DNA of 63,969 nt, filler included, from Octopus bimaculoides (taxonomy: Eukaryota): assembly GCF_001194135.2 (NCBI RefSeq). It is 9 parts of 8 records of this genome, joined end to end, with 100 filler letters (N's around TTAATTAATTAA, not from the genome) between each part and the next. Parts side by side here need not be neighbours in the genome. Positions count along the whole stretch, not along the records: positions 1 to 7,801 come from NC_068982.1; positions 7,902 to 18,744 come from NC_068981.1; 7 more parts are not named here. One strand, written 5' to 3'. The notes under the pieces are model-generated. The model searched no databases. It was given only the letters and a program-made list of their open reading frames with translations, and had not been told where the DNA came from. This document shows, one piece after another, positions 1 to 11,084 of this stretch (positions are counted from its first letter, which is position 1; the number at the start of each line of letters is the position of its first letter). The position numbers were made by a program, and so were the translations under genes.

Positions 1-459
1 GAGACCTTTGGAAATGTACTGTGCGTGAGAAGACCCGGCAAGCCAAGTAAGACCGTTGCCAGTGCCCCTGGACTGGCTCTTGTGCGGGTGGCACATGAGA
101 TGAAAGTTGAACATGAAAGTTGAACATAAGAAGCATCAGTTGTGGTGTGCAAGAGAGACGATTGCGCTGGCATGGTCATGTGGCGAGAATGGATGAGGAT
201 AGCTGCATGAAAAAGTGTCACACCCTAATGGTTGAGGGAACCTGTGGAAGAGGCAGGCCTAGGAAAACCTGGGATGTGGATGTGAAACACGACCTCCGAA
301 CATTAGGCCTCACTGAGGTAATGCCTTGTGACCATGACCTTTGGAAATATGCTGTGCGTGAGAAGACACGGCAAGCCAAGAGAGACCAAAATCCAAGGCC
401 TCTGCCAGGGATGTAGCCAACCCACTTACGCGTAACATTCCTTCATTGGACACTAAACT
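1..459 (+). mobile_element. RTE-clade LINE 3' fragments (3' UTR piece at 1-100, then RT C-terminus and start of 3' UTR at 116-459)
   Basis: ORF 120-416 contains RRLRWHGHVARMDEDSC...GRGRPRKTW, typical of the RTE RT C-terminal region. The downstream sequence matches the RTE-like UTR at 5290-5427 (minus). Confidence 0.85.
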
Positions 460-1355
460 GGCAATTAGGCGATATTCGCCTTCTTGTACAAGCAAATGAT
501 CTAATAGCCGAAACCTTGGATAGGTATAATTTCCACAGATCAATGACTCAAATCGATTGAAAGAAACAGGAGCTCATTCGCTCCTACGAACTCATAAAAC
601 CACACCTTGACCTCCTAGAAAGCATTATGAGAGACACAGACTCTAAAAAGGACAATGAAGACCCTGCACACTGTGCTCAGGCTCAGGAGGGCCAAACGGA
701 TGACCGAAACAAGGCAAATGCCACCTTTGTAGAGTCTGTGTCTCTCATAATGCCTTCTAGGAGGTCAAGGTGTGGTTTTATGAGTTCGTAGGAGGGAATG
801 AGCTCCTGTTTCTTTCGATCAATTTGAGCCATATATCTGTGGAAATTATACCTATCCAAGGTTTCGGCTATTAGATCATTTGCTGGTGATCCTTTGGCCA
901 GGCTCCATGCTTGTACAAGAAGGCGAATATCGCCTAATTGCCAGTTTAGTGTCCAATGAAGGAATGTTACNNNNNNNNNNTGTACAAGAAGGCGAATATC
1001 GCCTAATTGCCAGTTTAGTGTCCAATGAAGGAATGTTACGCGTAAGTGGGTTGGCTACATCCCTGGCAGAGGCCTTGGATTTTGGTCTCTCTTGGCTTGC
1101 CGTGTCTTCTCACGCCAAGCATATTTCCAAAGGTCATGGTCACAAGGCATTACCTCAGTGAGGCCTAATGTTCGGAGGTCGTGTTTCACCACCACATCCC
1201 AGGTTTTCCTAGGCCTGCCTCTTCCACAGGTTCCCTCAACCATTAGGGTGTGACACTTTTTCATGCAGCTATCCTCATCCATTCTCGCCACATGACCATG
1301 CCAGCGCAATCGTCTCTCTTGCACACCACAACTGATGCTTCTTATGTTCAACTTT
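116..1355. repeat. Long inverted repeat (arms about 116-651 and 724-1355, 72-bp spacer)
   Basis: The right arm is the reverse complement of the left with few substitutions and one 27-bp indel. It also contains a 59-bp duplication flanking the 10-N gap. Confidence 0.9.
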
Positions 1356-1490
1356 TCTCTCAAGATACTTACACTCTGTTGAGTATGCACAGTGACATTA
1401 CTCATCCATCGGAGCATACTGGTTTCATTCCTTGCGAGCTTACGCATGTCCTCAGCAGTCACGGCCCATGTTTCACTGTAGTTGGGAAGT
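1012..1490 (-). mobile_element. RTE-clade LINE 3' fragment (inverted copy)
   Basis: ORF 1055-1462: RNETSMLRWMSNV...LREKLNIRSI...RRLRWHGHVARM...GRPRKTW. Confidence 0.88.
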
Positions 1491-1643
1491 AAACTTCATA
1501 ATCATATAGCTACCTGTGCACTTATATATGATTTTAATATTTTCACTGCAAAATTTTCATGTAATTAGGTTATAATTGAAAGAATTCCTTAGGTATCTAT
1601 GTGTTACTGAACATAACTGTTTCTTTTCTTCTGAATTTTATAG

Positions 1644-1692
1644 ACGTGACAAAAAAGGCGACAGTGATAAAGCTTTGAAGGTTATTCAACAG
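1644..1692 (+). CDS. MAP3K15: Internal coding exon of ASK-family MAP kinase kinase kinase (TPR region)
   Basis: Pyrimidine-rich tract and TAG acceptor (1641-1643), CAG|GTTAGT donor. Encodes (R)RDKKGDSDKALKVIQQ, matching the ASK1/ASK3 motif NRRNxxGDRxKAL. Ends in phase 0, compatible with the next exon. Confidence 0.8.
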
Positions 1693-2499
1693 GTTAGTAT
1701 ATATTTCTGTTTATTTTGTCTTACAACTTTTTTACTTGGTTTTAATGATATTAAACTGTATTCATTACTATTAGAAATCTTGTTTGTTTGATAGTCTGCT
1801 CACTTTAAGTATTTCATTCATCAAATATAATTCCTAAATTTATATAAAGCTGTATTCTAATTTCATTCATGGCAGACTACAGCAGAGATATTGGGATGCT
1901 TATATAGCCTTACTTGGAAATTTTTGCCAACAGGTCAAGTAAAGGATCTTCATAGCAATAGAAACAATTCTTCACTAGAGTTAAACTTTCACTTGATCTA
2001 TAACCAGTCCCATATAGCTTTCTCTTTGCCCTGCTGGATGCTCTGAATATCTTTCAATATTTGTTTGATGCATAACATGACCGTTCCTAGTTAAGAGAGC
2101 TTAAAGATGGCTGCAACATGCTAGAGACTGTCTGCAAACCCAGAGTTCATATGAGAGTTGCCTAATAACCAAACCATCATCTGAGAATCACTCCATGAGA
2201 AGATGAACTAAAGACATCCTTTGAAAACCACAATCAAAACCCTGATGACTGGCTTTGTAACATCTGAAGTCAGGACACTGATAATAAAATGTGATATGTG
2301 GTGCATCTCTCTTTGTACCTGATGTAAATACAAGCTGTAGTTGATAGATAATGATGATCTTAATTTCAGTAAAAGCAACTTAATTATTAGAAAAGTAGAA
2401 GTAAAATAGTTTTTAATTATCATAGCAATTGATTGAATCATAAGTAGGAAATAAATCCTCCATTTACATTTCCCATGATTTGCCTACTTTTGGCTTGTT

Positions 2500-3170
2500 C
2501 AGATGCCTTGGCAGTTTTTCTAAGTTTCTGTCAAGAAGATCTCTCAGAAGCAATGCTCCCGGGTTACTCTTGACTGATGGTGAAATACTTTAGAGAGATC
2601 ACGAGAGTGTCTTTTTGGCATATGTGCAGCCCTTTGTACGAAGGATTCTCCCTTAAAAATTCACTGTAGAAAAGATGTTTTGGAAAGCTTTCATTGTCCT
2701 TTATGGTCATGTGATAAAACTGGAAGAGCCGGGATCTCTATACGAAAATGTGGGCCCTGGGTAGCTCAGAACATTTGAGGATATCAGTGTTTAAGACTTT
2801 AAACTGTCAATGAATGTACAGCACTTTGTGTAGATAGTTTAGGTGAGTTCCATTGAGTTCCATTTTTGGTGTGTCTGCTGCAAACAGGCCAAGTTTCACT
2901 GGCATACACAGAAGTTGGCACACCGACTCTGTAGACCTAGTTTGGTTTGTAATCCTTTTTGTGTCCAGATGTCTTGCAATGTCTGTTGAAGGAAATGCTG
3001 ACTTTAACAGTTCTCCTGTTGACTTCATTGATGAGGTACATGATTTATGAGGGAGTATGGTCAAGTTATGAGAACCTGTTCATAATCATTAGTCTGCTTC
3101 TTGACCATAATTACAAGTGTCATATACAGAAATGCATGTGCACACTCACAAACAAATGTTTTGATGATTG
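2500..3170 (-). mobile_element. Degenerate RTE (BovB-like) LINE RT C-terminal fragment
   Basis: Minus-strand translation with stops and frameshifts gives VYRVGVPT-LYASETWPV...FPKHLFYSEF...KDTL, matching the RTE consensus VYRAVVLPTLLYxxETW...LPKxxFYGEL...KDTLK. Confidence 0.75.
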
Positions 3171-3247
3171 CTGCATATATTTAAAGCTATATTTGAAATA
3201 TACTTCTGTTAAATCTAGGTTACATTCATTTCTCAATAATTTTTTAG

Positions 3248-3369
3248 GCAATTGAACAAAGCAATCCACCTGTATCTGATATGTTATGTTTATGTGGCCG
3301 CATATACAAGGATAAATTTGTTCAGTCAGAGTATACAGATCAGAAGTCACTAGAACAAGCTATTCATTG
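3248..3369 (+). CDS. MAP3K15: Internal coding exon of ASK-family MAP3K (MAP3K15/MAP3K5-like)
   Basis: TTTTTAG| acceptor and TG|GTGAGT donor. Encodes [41 protein letters not shown], matching the ASK motif DMxCLxGRIYKD...AIxW. Joins in frame to exon 1644-1692. Confidence 0.92.
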
Positions 3370-4166
3370 GTGAGTTTCTCATATTTTCATCAGGTTTTTC
3401 TGATTTAAGTTTTGAACTAGAAGAGAAAGAAAGGTGTTACCTGGAACCTATATAAAATAGGTATCCTACTCCATAAAATTAGCATGTGAATAATAATTGG
3501 ATGATGATGTCACTTAGTAAAAACACATCAGAACACATATGTCAAAATAAGTTATGAACATCAATTCCTTAAGGAGAAAACTACAAAAGTACATGATATA
3601 TATATATTTTTAATATTTTGCTTAGGCATTTTAGTACTTATAACCTGTTGTAGAACTCAGTATATGTATGTTTCAGAACAAAGTGTCCAATGAGTATACA
3701 GCAGTAATGAGAAAAAGAGATAAGACAAGAAAACAAAGGTTATGTTATGAACTTCATTAGCTTACAACTGTTTCTGCCATAAGATGCAGTGGACTCTTAA
3801 TTGAGTGCCTGGATAACATCCAATAGCTTCACTGGAGCCTCCAATATGAAGTACAATTTTGGAAAAAAGAATTACATATTTGGAATATACAGGGAAAGTG
3901 TTATCAGTGAGAAAGTCATTGCTGATGTATAATGGAAAGTGTGTCCAAAAGGCAGTTAGATTTTCTAGTAGAAAGAAAACACCCAAAAATATGTATATAG
4001 TATGCATGCACACATACTCGAAAAAATGCGTGCAGGCACACAACATAGAGATACACAGACATGCACACAATCCACACACGCACACACACACACACACACA
4101 AAAGAACATATATCTTTGTTTGTATATCCTGTTGTGTCTGGGGAGAATCATTTTCTTTTTGTCCTT

Positions 4167-4206
<40 letters not shown>

Positions 4207-4254
4207 GATAATAATAAATAGTAAATAATATATAATATGTATATACATGTATAT

Positions 4255-4677
4255 ATGGGTACAGGACATCGCCAACGGTGCAAATAACATGTAATATGTA
4301 AACAAACGAATTAAATATCTAAACAAGACAAAAATGGAAAACAAGACAAGTAAACACAGAGAAAGGACCCTTCATCAATTGTCAGCTGTCTATATACTCA
4401 TTTCATTCATTTTTCTTGTATGTCTCCACTGTCATGTTTTGTTCCCAACTTGACCCACCATAAATCCTAAATTTTATTTTAGAATTTATGGGAGCAACTG
4501 CCTTTGAAGACTCATATTGTCGTTGAATGCTTGGAATGAGGAATAGATAGACAGCCGACAACTGATGAAGGGTCCTTTCTTTGTGTTTACTTGTCCTGTT
4601 TTCCATTTTTTCTCGTTTACATATTGAACTCATTTGTTTACGAATTTCATTTGCACTATTGGTGATGTCCTGTACCT
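4255..4677. mobile_element. Non-autonomous repeat with inverted ~145-bp arms (probably Penelope-related)
   Basis: 4255-4403 is the diverged reverse complement of 4533-4677. The body matches 62480-62780 (minus) and 63246-63540 (plus). Carries CTGATGAAGG. The Penelope assignment is inference. Confidence 0.55.
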
Positions 4678-4690
4678 ACACACATATTCA

Positions 4691-4736
<46 letters not shown>

Positions 4737-4837
4737 NNNNNNNNNNNNNNNNNNNNNNNNNNNNNNNNNNNNNNNNNNNNNNNNNNNNNNNNNNNNNNNN
4801 NNNNNNNNNNNNNNNNNNNNNNNNNNNNNNNNNNNNA

Positions 4838-5427
4838 GCATGGGTTGGACGATTTGACTGAGGACTGGCAAACCAGATGGCTGCATGAGGCTCTAATCTG
4901 ATCTGGCAGTTTCCACAGATGGATGCCCTTCCTAATGCCAACCACTCCGAGAGTGTAGTGGGTCATTTTACGTGCCACTGGCATGAGGGCCAGTCAGGCA
5001 GTACTGGCACCGGACATGCTCAAATGGTGTTTTTTCAATGCCACCTGCACAGGAGCCAGTCCAGCAGCACTGGCAACAACCTCGCTCGAATAGTTTTTCA
5101 CAAGCTACCAGCACAAGTGCCAGTGAGGGGATGCTGGTAATGATCACATTCAAATGGTGCTTTTTACTTGCCACTGGGACGGAAGCTGGTTAGCTGCTCT
5201 GGCAACGATCACGCTTGCATGGTGCTCTTAGCGCTCCACCAGCACGGATGCCAGTCATCGAATTTGATTCTGATTTAGATTTCATTTGCCTCAACAGGTC
5301 TTTGCAAGCAGAGTTTAGTGTCCAATGAAGTAAAGATACGAATAAGTGAGCTGGCTACACTTCTGGCAGAGGCCACAGATTATGCTCTCACTTGGCTTGC
5401 CAGGTCTTCTCACATGCTGTATATTTC
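4838..5427 (-). mobile_element. RTE-derived long 3' UTR / non-autonomous RTE element
   Basis: Its right end matches the post-ORF sequence of the RTE at 330-459. It contains the GGAAGGGCATCC block shared with the copies at 25040, 27870, 28626, 29700 and 30590. Confidence 0.75.
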
Positions 5428-5471
5428 CAAAGGTCCCACTAACTAGTCATATATATAGATAGATAGATATA

Positions 5472-5514
<43 letters not shown>

Positions 5515-5863
5515 CAGTGGGGGGAAATAAATATACGTACATGTCAATATTCTTTATTTATTTAATATACTATCCATGGATAAAGTTGGAATTTTTGTTA
5601 TCACTTTTTTCGTTGTAAGGCTTTCTTTTTTAGTTGATTTTCCCCTAGCAAGACTTATCGTAGATGGTGTAATAAGTCACACTCGGACTTATATATGAAT
5701 AATAGTGATATAATTAATCAATACATTCAGTATGCAGAAACCATGAAGTAGTGTTAACTTTTAAAAAAAATAAAAAAAAAATAGTGCTAATTTAAAAAGC
5801 TTTGGTAAAGTACATTTAGACTTATTTATAAATATATAGGGATCAGCATGAGATTGCTTCACC

Positions 5864-5992
5864 AACAAACTGAAAATTTAGAAATAGCAGTCAAAGAACT
5901 ACTAATTCTAAACTACAATTTTTTCTCTAACGGATAATTGTAGTTTAGAATTAGTAGTTCTTTGACTGCTATTTCTAAATTTTCAGTATGTT
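5864..5992. repeat. Near-perfect hairpin (52-bp identical arms 5869-5920 and 5936-5987, 15-nt loop)
   Basis: ACTGAAAATTTAGAAATAGCAGTCAAAGAACTACTAATTCTAAACTACAATT is followed by its exact reverse complement. Abuts a gap. Confidence 0.9.
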
Positions 5993-6319
5993 NNNNNNNN
6001 NNNNNNNNNNNNNNNNNNNNNNNNNNNNNNNNNNNNNNNNNNNNNNNNNNNNNNNNNNNNNNNNNNNNNNNNNNNNNNNNNNNNNNNNNNNNNNNNNNNN
6101 NNNNNNNNNNNNNNNNNNNNNNNNNNNNNNNNNNNNNNNNNNNNNNNNNNNNNNNNNNNNNNNNNNNNNNNNNNNNNNNNNNNNNNNNNNNNNNNNNNNN
6201 NNNNNNNNNNNNNNNNNNNNNNNNNNNNNNNNNNNNNNNNNNNNNNNNNNNNNNNNNNNNNNGATGTAGAGTTAAGAAGTTTTTTTAATATTATTATTTT
6301 AAAAATTAAAGTTAAAGCT

Positions 6320-6666
6320 AATATATCTAATATTATTTAAAGGACACATGAGAGATAAAATTTATTTTATAACTACTATAAAAAAAACTGTAAAAGAAAT
6401 GATACAGAGGATTATCATGGTTTATAATGATGGACTCATTAAGGTTTAAGAAACTGGTAAAATATATGATTGGAATTAACATAGAATATAACGGTGAAAA
6501 TTGTATATCTAATATCATATTTAATGGACACATAAGATATAAGATTTATTTTATAACTAATGTAAAGAATTAATATATAGGATTTACATAGTTTATAATA
6601 ATGGGCTCATCAAGGTTTTAGAATCTAATAAAATGAATGGTTGGAATTAACAAAGAATACAATAGC
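6320..6666. repeat. Diverged tandem duplication (~180-bp units) downstream of the Penelope-like fragment
   Basis: 6320-6495 and 6501-6666 share TATATCTAATAT...GGACACAT...ATTTATTTTATAACTA...GGTTTA/TT...TTGGAATTAACA.AGAATA. Confidence 0.75.
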
Positions 6667-7152
6667 AGTTCAAACAATTAATAGAGAACATGATAATTAT
6701 GTACTAGTTTAATTACACTATCTTAAAAATGATCAGGAACTTATGTTAACTAACATGGGCCAAGTGCAGAATAATAATGGAACAGGGATTAGATTTATTT
6801 AAGTCAACCATAGAATAACAGTAACCAATGGAATAATGGAATAATAAGGATCTTTTAGGGTCAGGCATTAAATAAAATTTACAAGGTTAGAAAACTAATT
6901 AAAAACAATTAAGAACTTTCAAAACATTCTATTCTTTAAAGTTAAATAAAATGAAAATAAGTAAGATACATACTAAAAACTAACAGCAATAGCAGAAGTG
7001 ATGTGAAAAATATACTATCCATGGATAAAGCTGGAATTTTTGTTATCACAGGAAGATCATACATTAAAGTAATACTAGTTTTAGCCTTAAATGGGAAATT
7101 ATAAGGAAAGCCCAACCTTATAGAAATAGAAGATATGGATTTGAATTATGTT

Positions 7153-7725
7153 CCATGGAAACATGAAATTTTTAGACTTAGAAACAATTCTAACCTAATT
7201 AATAATAGATTAGACCTTAGAGTATTGTGTGTACGCTGTTCTACTCGCACTTTTAAATATTTTAAAAAGTAACAAACTTAAATAGTGTGGTATTTCAACA
7301 TCTACCATGTTTATCTTAGGCTATTAATTAGCACATATTTAACTAGCATCACTTTCCTTTAATTCCCAAGATCATACATTGCTAATGACATACTATTTGC
7401 CTTATGTTATAGTCAAAAAGACGACAGGTGATTATATATGCGCTGTTTCAAATTAATCGTACATCCAACGTAAATAAAATTATCAGTTATAGTACTTATT
7501 GCGCATTTATAAACTACGTTACAGGTGAGACATCAGCCTAATACTGGACAACGAGACTTATTTCTACAATTGCAACTAGTGGAACTATCAAAAACACCTA
7601 TATTATTATTAAGATTTACATTATAGTTGTTACAATTATTCACATTAATATTATTTCCCCCTATTATTAATTCTGTTCTTAGGTTTATTTTGATAACTTC
7701 TATTACTATCTAATATATAAAAACA
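7153..7725 (-). mobile_element. Penelope-like element, C-terminal GIY-YIG endonuclease pseudogene (Naiad-like)
   Basis: Translation SCNCRNKSRCPVLG*CLTCNVVYKCAI...FIYVGCTINLKQRIYNHLSSF*...LNxRxELF..ISCFH shows the CxC-x5-C-x5-C linker and the VY...YVG (GIY-YIG) motif. Multiple stops. Confidence 0.78.
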
Positions 7726-7749
7726 CATAAATATATATAACATATATAT

Positions 7750-7801
<52 letters not shown>

Positions 7802-7901
7802 NNNNNNNNNNNNNNNNNNNNNNNNNNNNNNNNNNNNNNNNNNNNTTAATTAATTAANNNNNNNNNNNNNNNNNNNNNNNNNNNNNNNNNNNNNNNNNNN
7901 N

Positions 7902-7959
<58 letters not shown>

Positions 7960-7992
7960 ATAAATAAAAAATGTCAGTTTGTATATACATAA

Positions 7993-8250
7993 CTTTTATC
8001 TTTTACTTGTTTAAGTCATCGGACTGCGGCCAAGCTGGGACATCACTTTGATCGCTTTTAGTAAAGAAAAAAAACATCGACCTCAGGGCTGTTTTTATAT
8101 TCTTCTTATCGTATCGATCCCTTGCGCTGTCCTGCATCGTTACACTTTAAAGATACCAACACCGTAAACATACCAACACCGTAAGCATACCAACACCGGT
8201 CGTCAAATGGTGGTGGTGGACAAACAGTAGCACAAAGACACACACGCAAA
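7993..8250 (-). mobile_element. tRNA-derived octopus SINE, 3' part
   Basis: Tail TCTTTTACTTGTTT.AGTCAT..GACTGCGGCCA.GCTGG is shared with the copies at 15078 and 39626. Contains an internal 17-bp triplication, ATACCAACACCGTAA.C (8153-8199). Confidence 0.7.
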
Positions 8251-8280
8251 GACCACCGTGTGCACATACAAACACGCGCA

Positions 8281-8317
<37 letters not shown>

Positions 8318-9231
8318 NNNNNNNNNNNNNNNNNNNNNNNNNNNNNNNNNNNNNNNNNNNNNNNNNNNNNNNNNNNNNNNNNNNNNNNNNNNNNNNNNNN
8401 NNNNNNNNNNNNNNNNNNNNNNNNNNNNNNNNNNNNNNNNNNNNNNNNNNNNNNNNNNNNNNNNNNNNNNNNNNNNNNNNNNNNNNNNNNNNNNNNNNNN
8501 NNNNNNNNNNNNNNNNNNNNNNNNNNNNNNNNNNNNNNNNNNNNNNNNNNNNNNNNNNNNNNNNNNNNNNNNNNNNNNNNNNNNNNNNNNNNNNNNNNNN
8601 NNNNNNNNNNNNNNNNNNNNNNNNNNNNNNNNNNNNNNNNNNNNNNNNNNNNNNNNNNNNNNNNNNNNNNNNNNNNNNNNNNNNNNNNNNNNNNNNNNNN
8701 NNNNNNNNNNNNNNNNNNNNNNNNNNNNNNNNNNNNNNNNNNNNNNNNNNNNNNNNNNNNNNNNNNNNNNNNNNNNNNNNNNNNNNNNNNNNNNNNNNNN
8801 NNNNNNNNNNNNNNNNNNNNNNNNNNNNNNNNNNNNNNNNNNNNNNNNNNNNNNNNNNNNNNNNNNNNNNNNNNNNNNNNNNNNNNNNNNNNNNNNNNNN
8901 NNNNNNNNNNNNNNNNNNNNNNNNNNNNNNNNNNNNNNNNNNNNNNNNNNNNNNNNNNNNNNNNNNNNNNNNNNNNNNNNNNNNNNNNNNNNNNNNNNNN
9001 NNNNNNNNNNNNNNNNNNNNNNNNNNNNNNNNNNNNNNNNNNNNNNNNNNNNNNNNNNNNNNNNNNNNNNNNNNNNNNNNNNNNNNNNNNNNNNNNNNNN
9101 NNNNNNNNNNNNNNNNNNNNNNNNNNNNNNNNNNNNNNNNNNNNNNNNNNNNNNNNNNNNNNNNNNNNNNNNNNNNNNNNNNNNNNNNNNNNNNNNNNNN
9201 NNNNNNNNNNNNNNNNNNNNNNNNNNNNNNN

Positions 9232-9302
<71 letters not shown>

Positions 9303-9353
9303 TGTGTGTGCGTGTGTGTGTGTACAAATGTATATACAAACATATACACACAT

Positions 9354-10073
9354 ACAGGTGGTCTGATCAATAAGTATCCGGAATACTGCCATAGTAACGA
9401 AGGTACATCACGAAGAGTAAAGCCGCTTGGCACAGATTAAACGTTGTAGCTCACTTCCGCTGTTTACAGCAGCGCTTGGAAAGCAGGTGTATAATATGTG
9501 ATCGTCGCATTGACAATGACAGAAAGTTGACCAGAGAATCTGCATGAAATTTTGCCAAACACTTGGCGATACCTGCTCAGAGGCCTACGCAAAGTTTTCA
9601 AAATGTTTTCATCCTTCTCAACACAACCAAGGAGGTTTTGTGCAACTGAAACCCGAGTGTCTTTTTGATCAGCTGAAAGCAGTTTTCGCACAAACTTGGC
9701 AGTCACGTGTCTCATACCCTAATCTCCAGTGATAATGAACGAAACCGAACCGTAACTTATCTGCACATCGTTTGATAACTCACGGATGGTGATTTGACGA
9801 TCCCCCTCACAGCTGCAAGCACATCTGCGATGTTTTTCTCAGTTCTGCTGGTTGAGTGACATATTTTTGGCTATCTTGGAAACGTCTGAACCACTCGTAC
9901 ATTTGTGTGCGTCTCATTCACTCCTCTCCATGCACTTTCTGCAACTTTGCGGAGGCCTCTGAGCAGGTATCGCCATGACAACTTTCTCTGTCATCGTCAA
10001 TGCGACGATCACACGCTACACACCTTCCTTCCAAGCACTACTGTAAACATCGGAAGTGAACTACAACGTTAAA
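9354..10073. mobile_element. Mariner transposon 5' fragment rearranged as a fold-back
   Basis: TA-CAGGTGGTCTGATCAATAAGTATCCGG terminus. The minus strand encodes the HTH region ...MYEWFRRF...DRQITIRELS...MRHVTAKFVRKLLSADQK (mariner WVPRxL-type motif). 9437-9596 is inverted relative to 9943-10073. Confidence 0.85.
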
Positions 10074-10173
10074 CCTTAGAACACATGCATGGATGTAAAG
10101 CAAATAGTAAAAAAGAAAAAAAAATCTAACAACCAATGGCCAAATCAAAAAATAAATAAATAGTTCAGAGATA

Positions 10174-10797
10174 TGGCGCAGGAGTGGCTGTGTGGTAAGT
10201 AGCTTGCTTACCAACCACATGGNNNNNNNNNNNNNNNNNNNNNNNNNNNNNNNNNNNNNNNNNNNNNNNNNNNNNNNNNNNNNNNNNNNNNNNNNNNNNN
10301 NNNNNNNNNNNNNNNNNNNNNNNNNNNNNNNNNNNNNNNNNNNNNNNNNNNNNNNNNNNNNNNNNNNNNNNNNNNNNNNNNNNNNNNNNNNNNNNNNNNN
10401 NNNNNNNNNNNNNNNNNNNNNNNNNNNNNNNNNNNNNNNNNNNNNNNNNNNNNNNNNNNNNNNNNNNNNNNNNNNNNNNNNNNNNNNNNNNNNNNNNNNN
10501 NNNNNNNNNNNNNNNNNNNNNNNNNNNNNNNNNNNNNNNNNNNNNNNNNNNNNNNNNNNNNNNNNNNNNNNNNNNNNNNNNNNNNNNNNNNNNNNNNNNN
10601 NNNNNNNNNNNNNNNNNNNNNNNNNNNNNNNNAACTGAAGGTGGTGTGTTTACGTCTCCGAAACTTAGCGGCTCGGCAAAAGGGTCCGATAGAATAAGTA
10701 CTAGGCTTCCAAAGAATAAGTCCTGGGGTCGATTTGCTCGACTAAAAGGCTGTGCTCCAGCATGACCGCGGTCAAATGACTGAAACAAGTAAGAGAG
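10174..10797 (+). mobile_element. tRNA-derived SINE (gap in the middle)
   Basis: Head GGCGCAGGAGTGGCTGTGTGGTAAG (A-box-like) and tail ...CAGCATGACCGCGGTCAAATGACTGAAACAAGTAAGAG. Confidence 0.8.
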
Positions 10798-11084
10798 AAA
10801 AGAGAGATTACGTGAAGTTGATAATAATTTCAGACGACTTGTAGTTTTGGTAATCACACGTTATTATTTTTTAAAAATATAATTTCTAACTTAGACACAA
10901 AGCTATACATTTATATGTTGTCTTTAGTGGGGCAGAGAGTATGCAGTCAACTGACTCCAATACATCAGCATCAACTACAACAACAGCATTATCAGCACCT
11001 GTCGTCTGTCATATTCCTGAAACAGTAACAAACGTGCTACATATACAGTTGAATTATCAATAGTCGTAGCACAAATGTTCTCCC

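Noticed and set aside
912-1039. 59-bp direct repeat around a 10-N gap
   Set aside because: Typical unmerged contig overlap; assembly artefact.
4533-4575. CTGATGAAGG as a hammerhead core in the 4255/62480/63246 family
   Set aside because: No correctly placed GAAA or stems I/III could be built.
4961-5265. Repeat-spacer-like array as CRISPR
   Set aside because: Eukaryotic context, degenerate whole-unit repeats without unique spacers, no cas genes, embedded in an RTE UTR.
7400-7545. In-frame TGA codons in the Penelope fragment as possible selenocysteine (reported for some Naiads)
   Set aside because: The TGAs fall at non-Cys positions (consistent with CGA>TGA decay), and TAA/TAG stops are also present.
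6264-7730. AT-rich block initially resembling a mitochondrial insertion (NUMT)
   Set aside because: No recognisable mitochondrial rRNA, tRNA or protein motif. The right part translates to a Penelope endonuclease.
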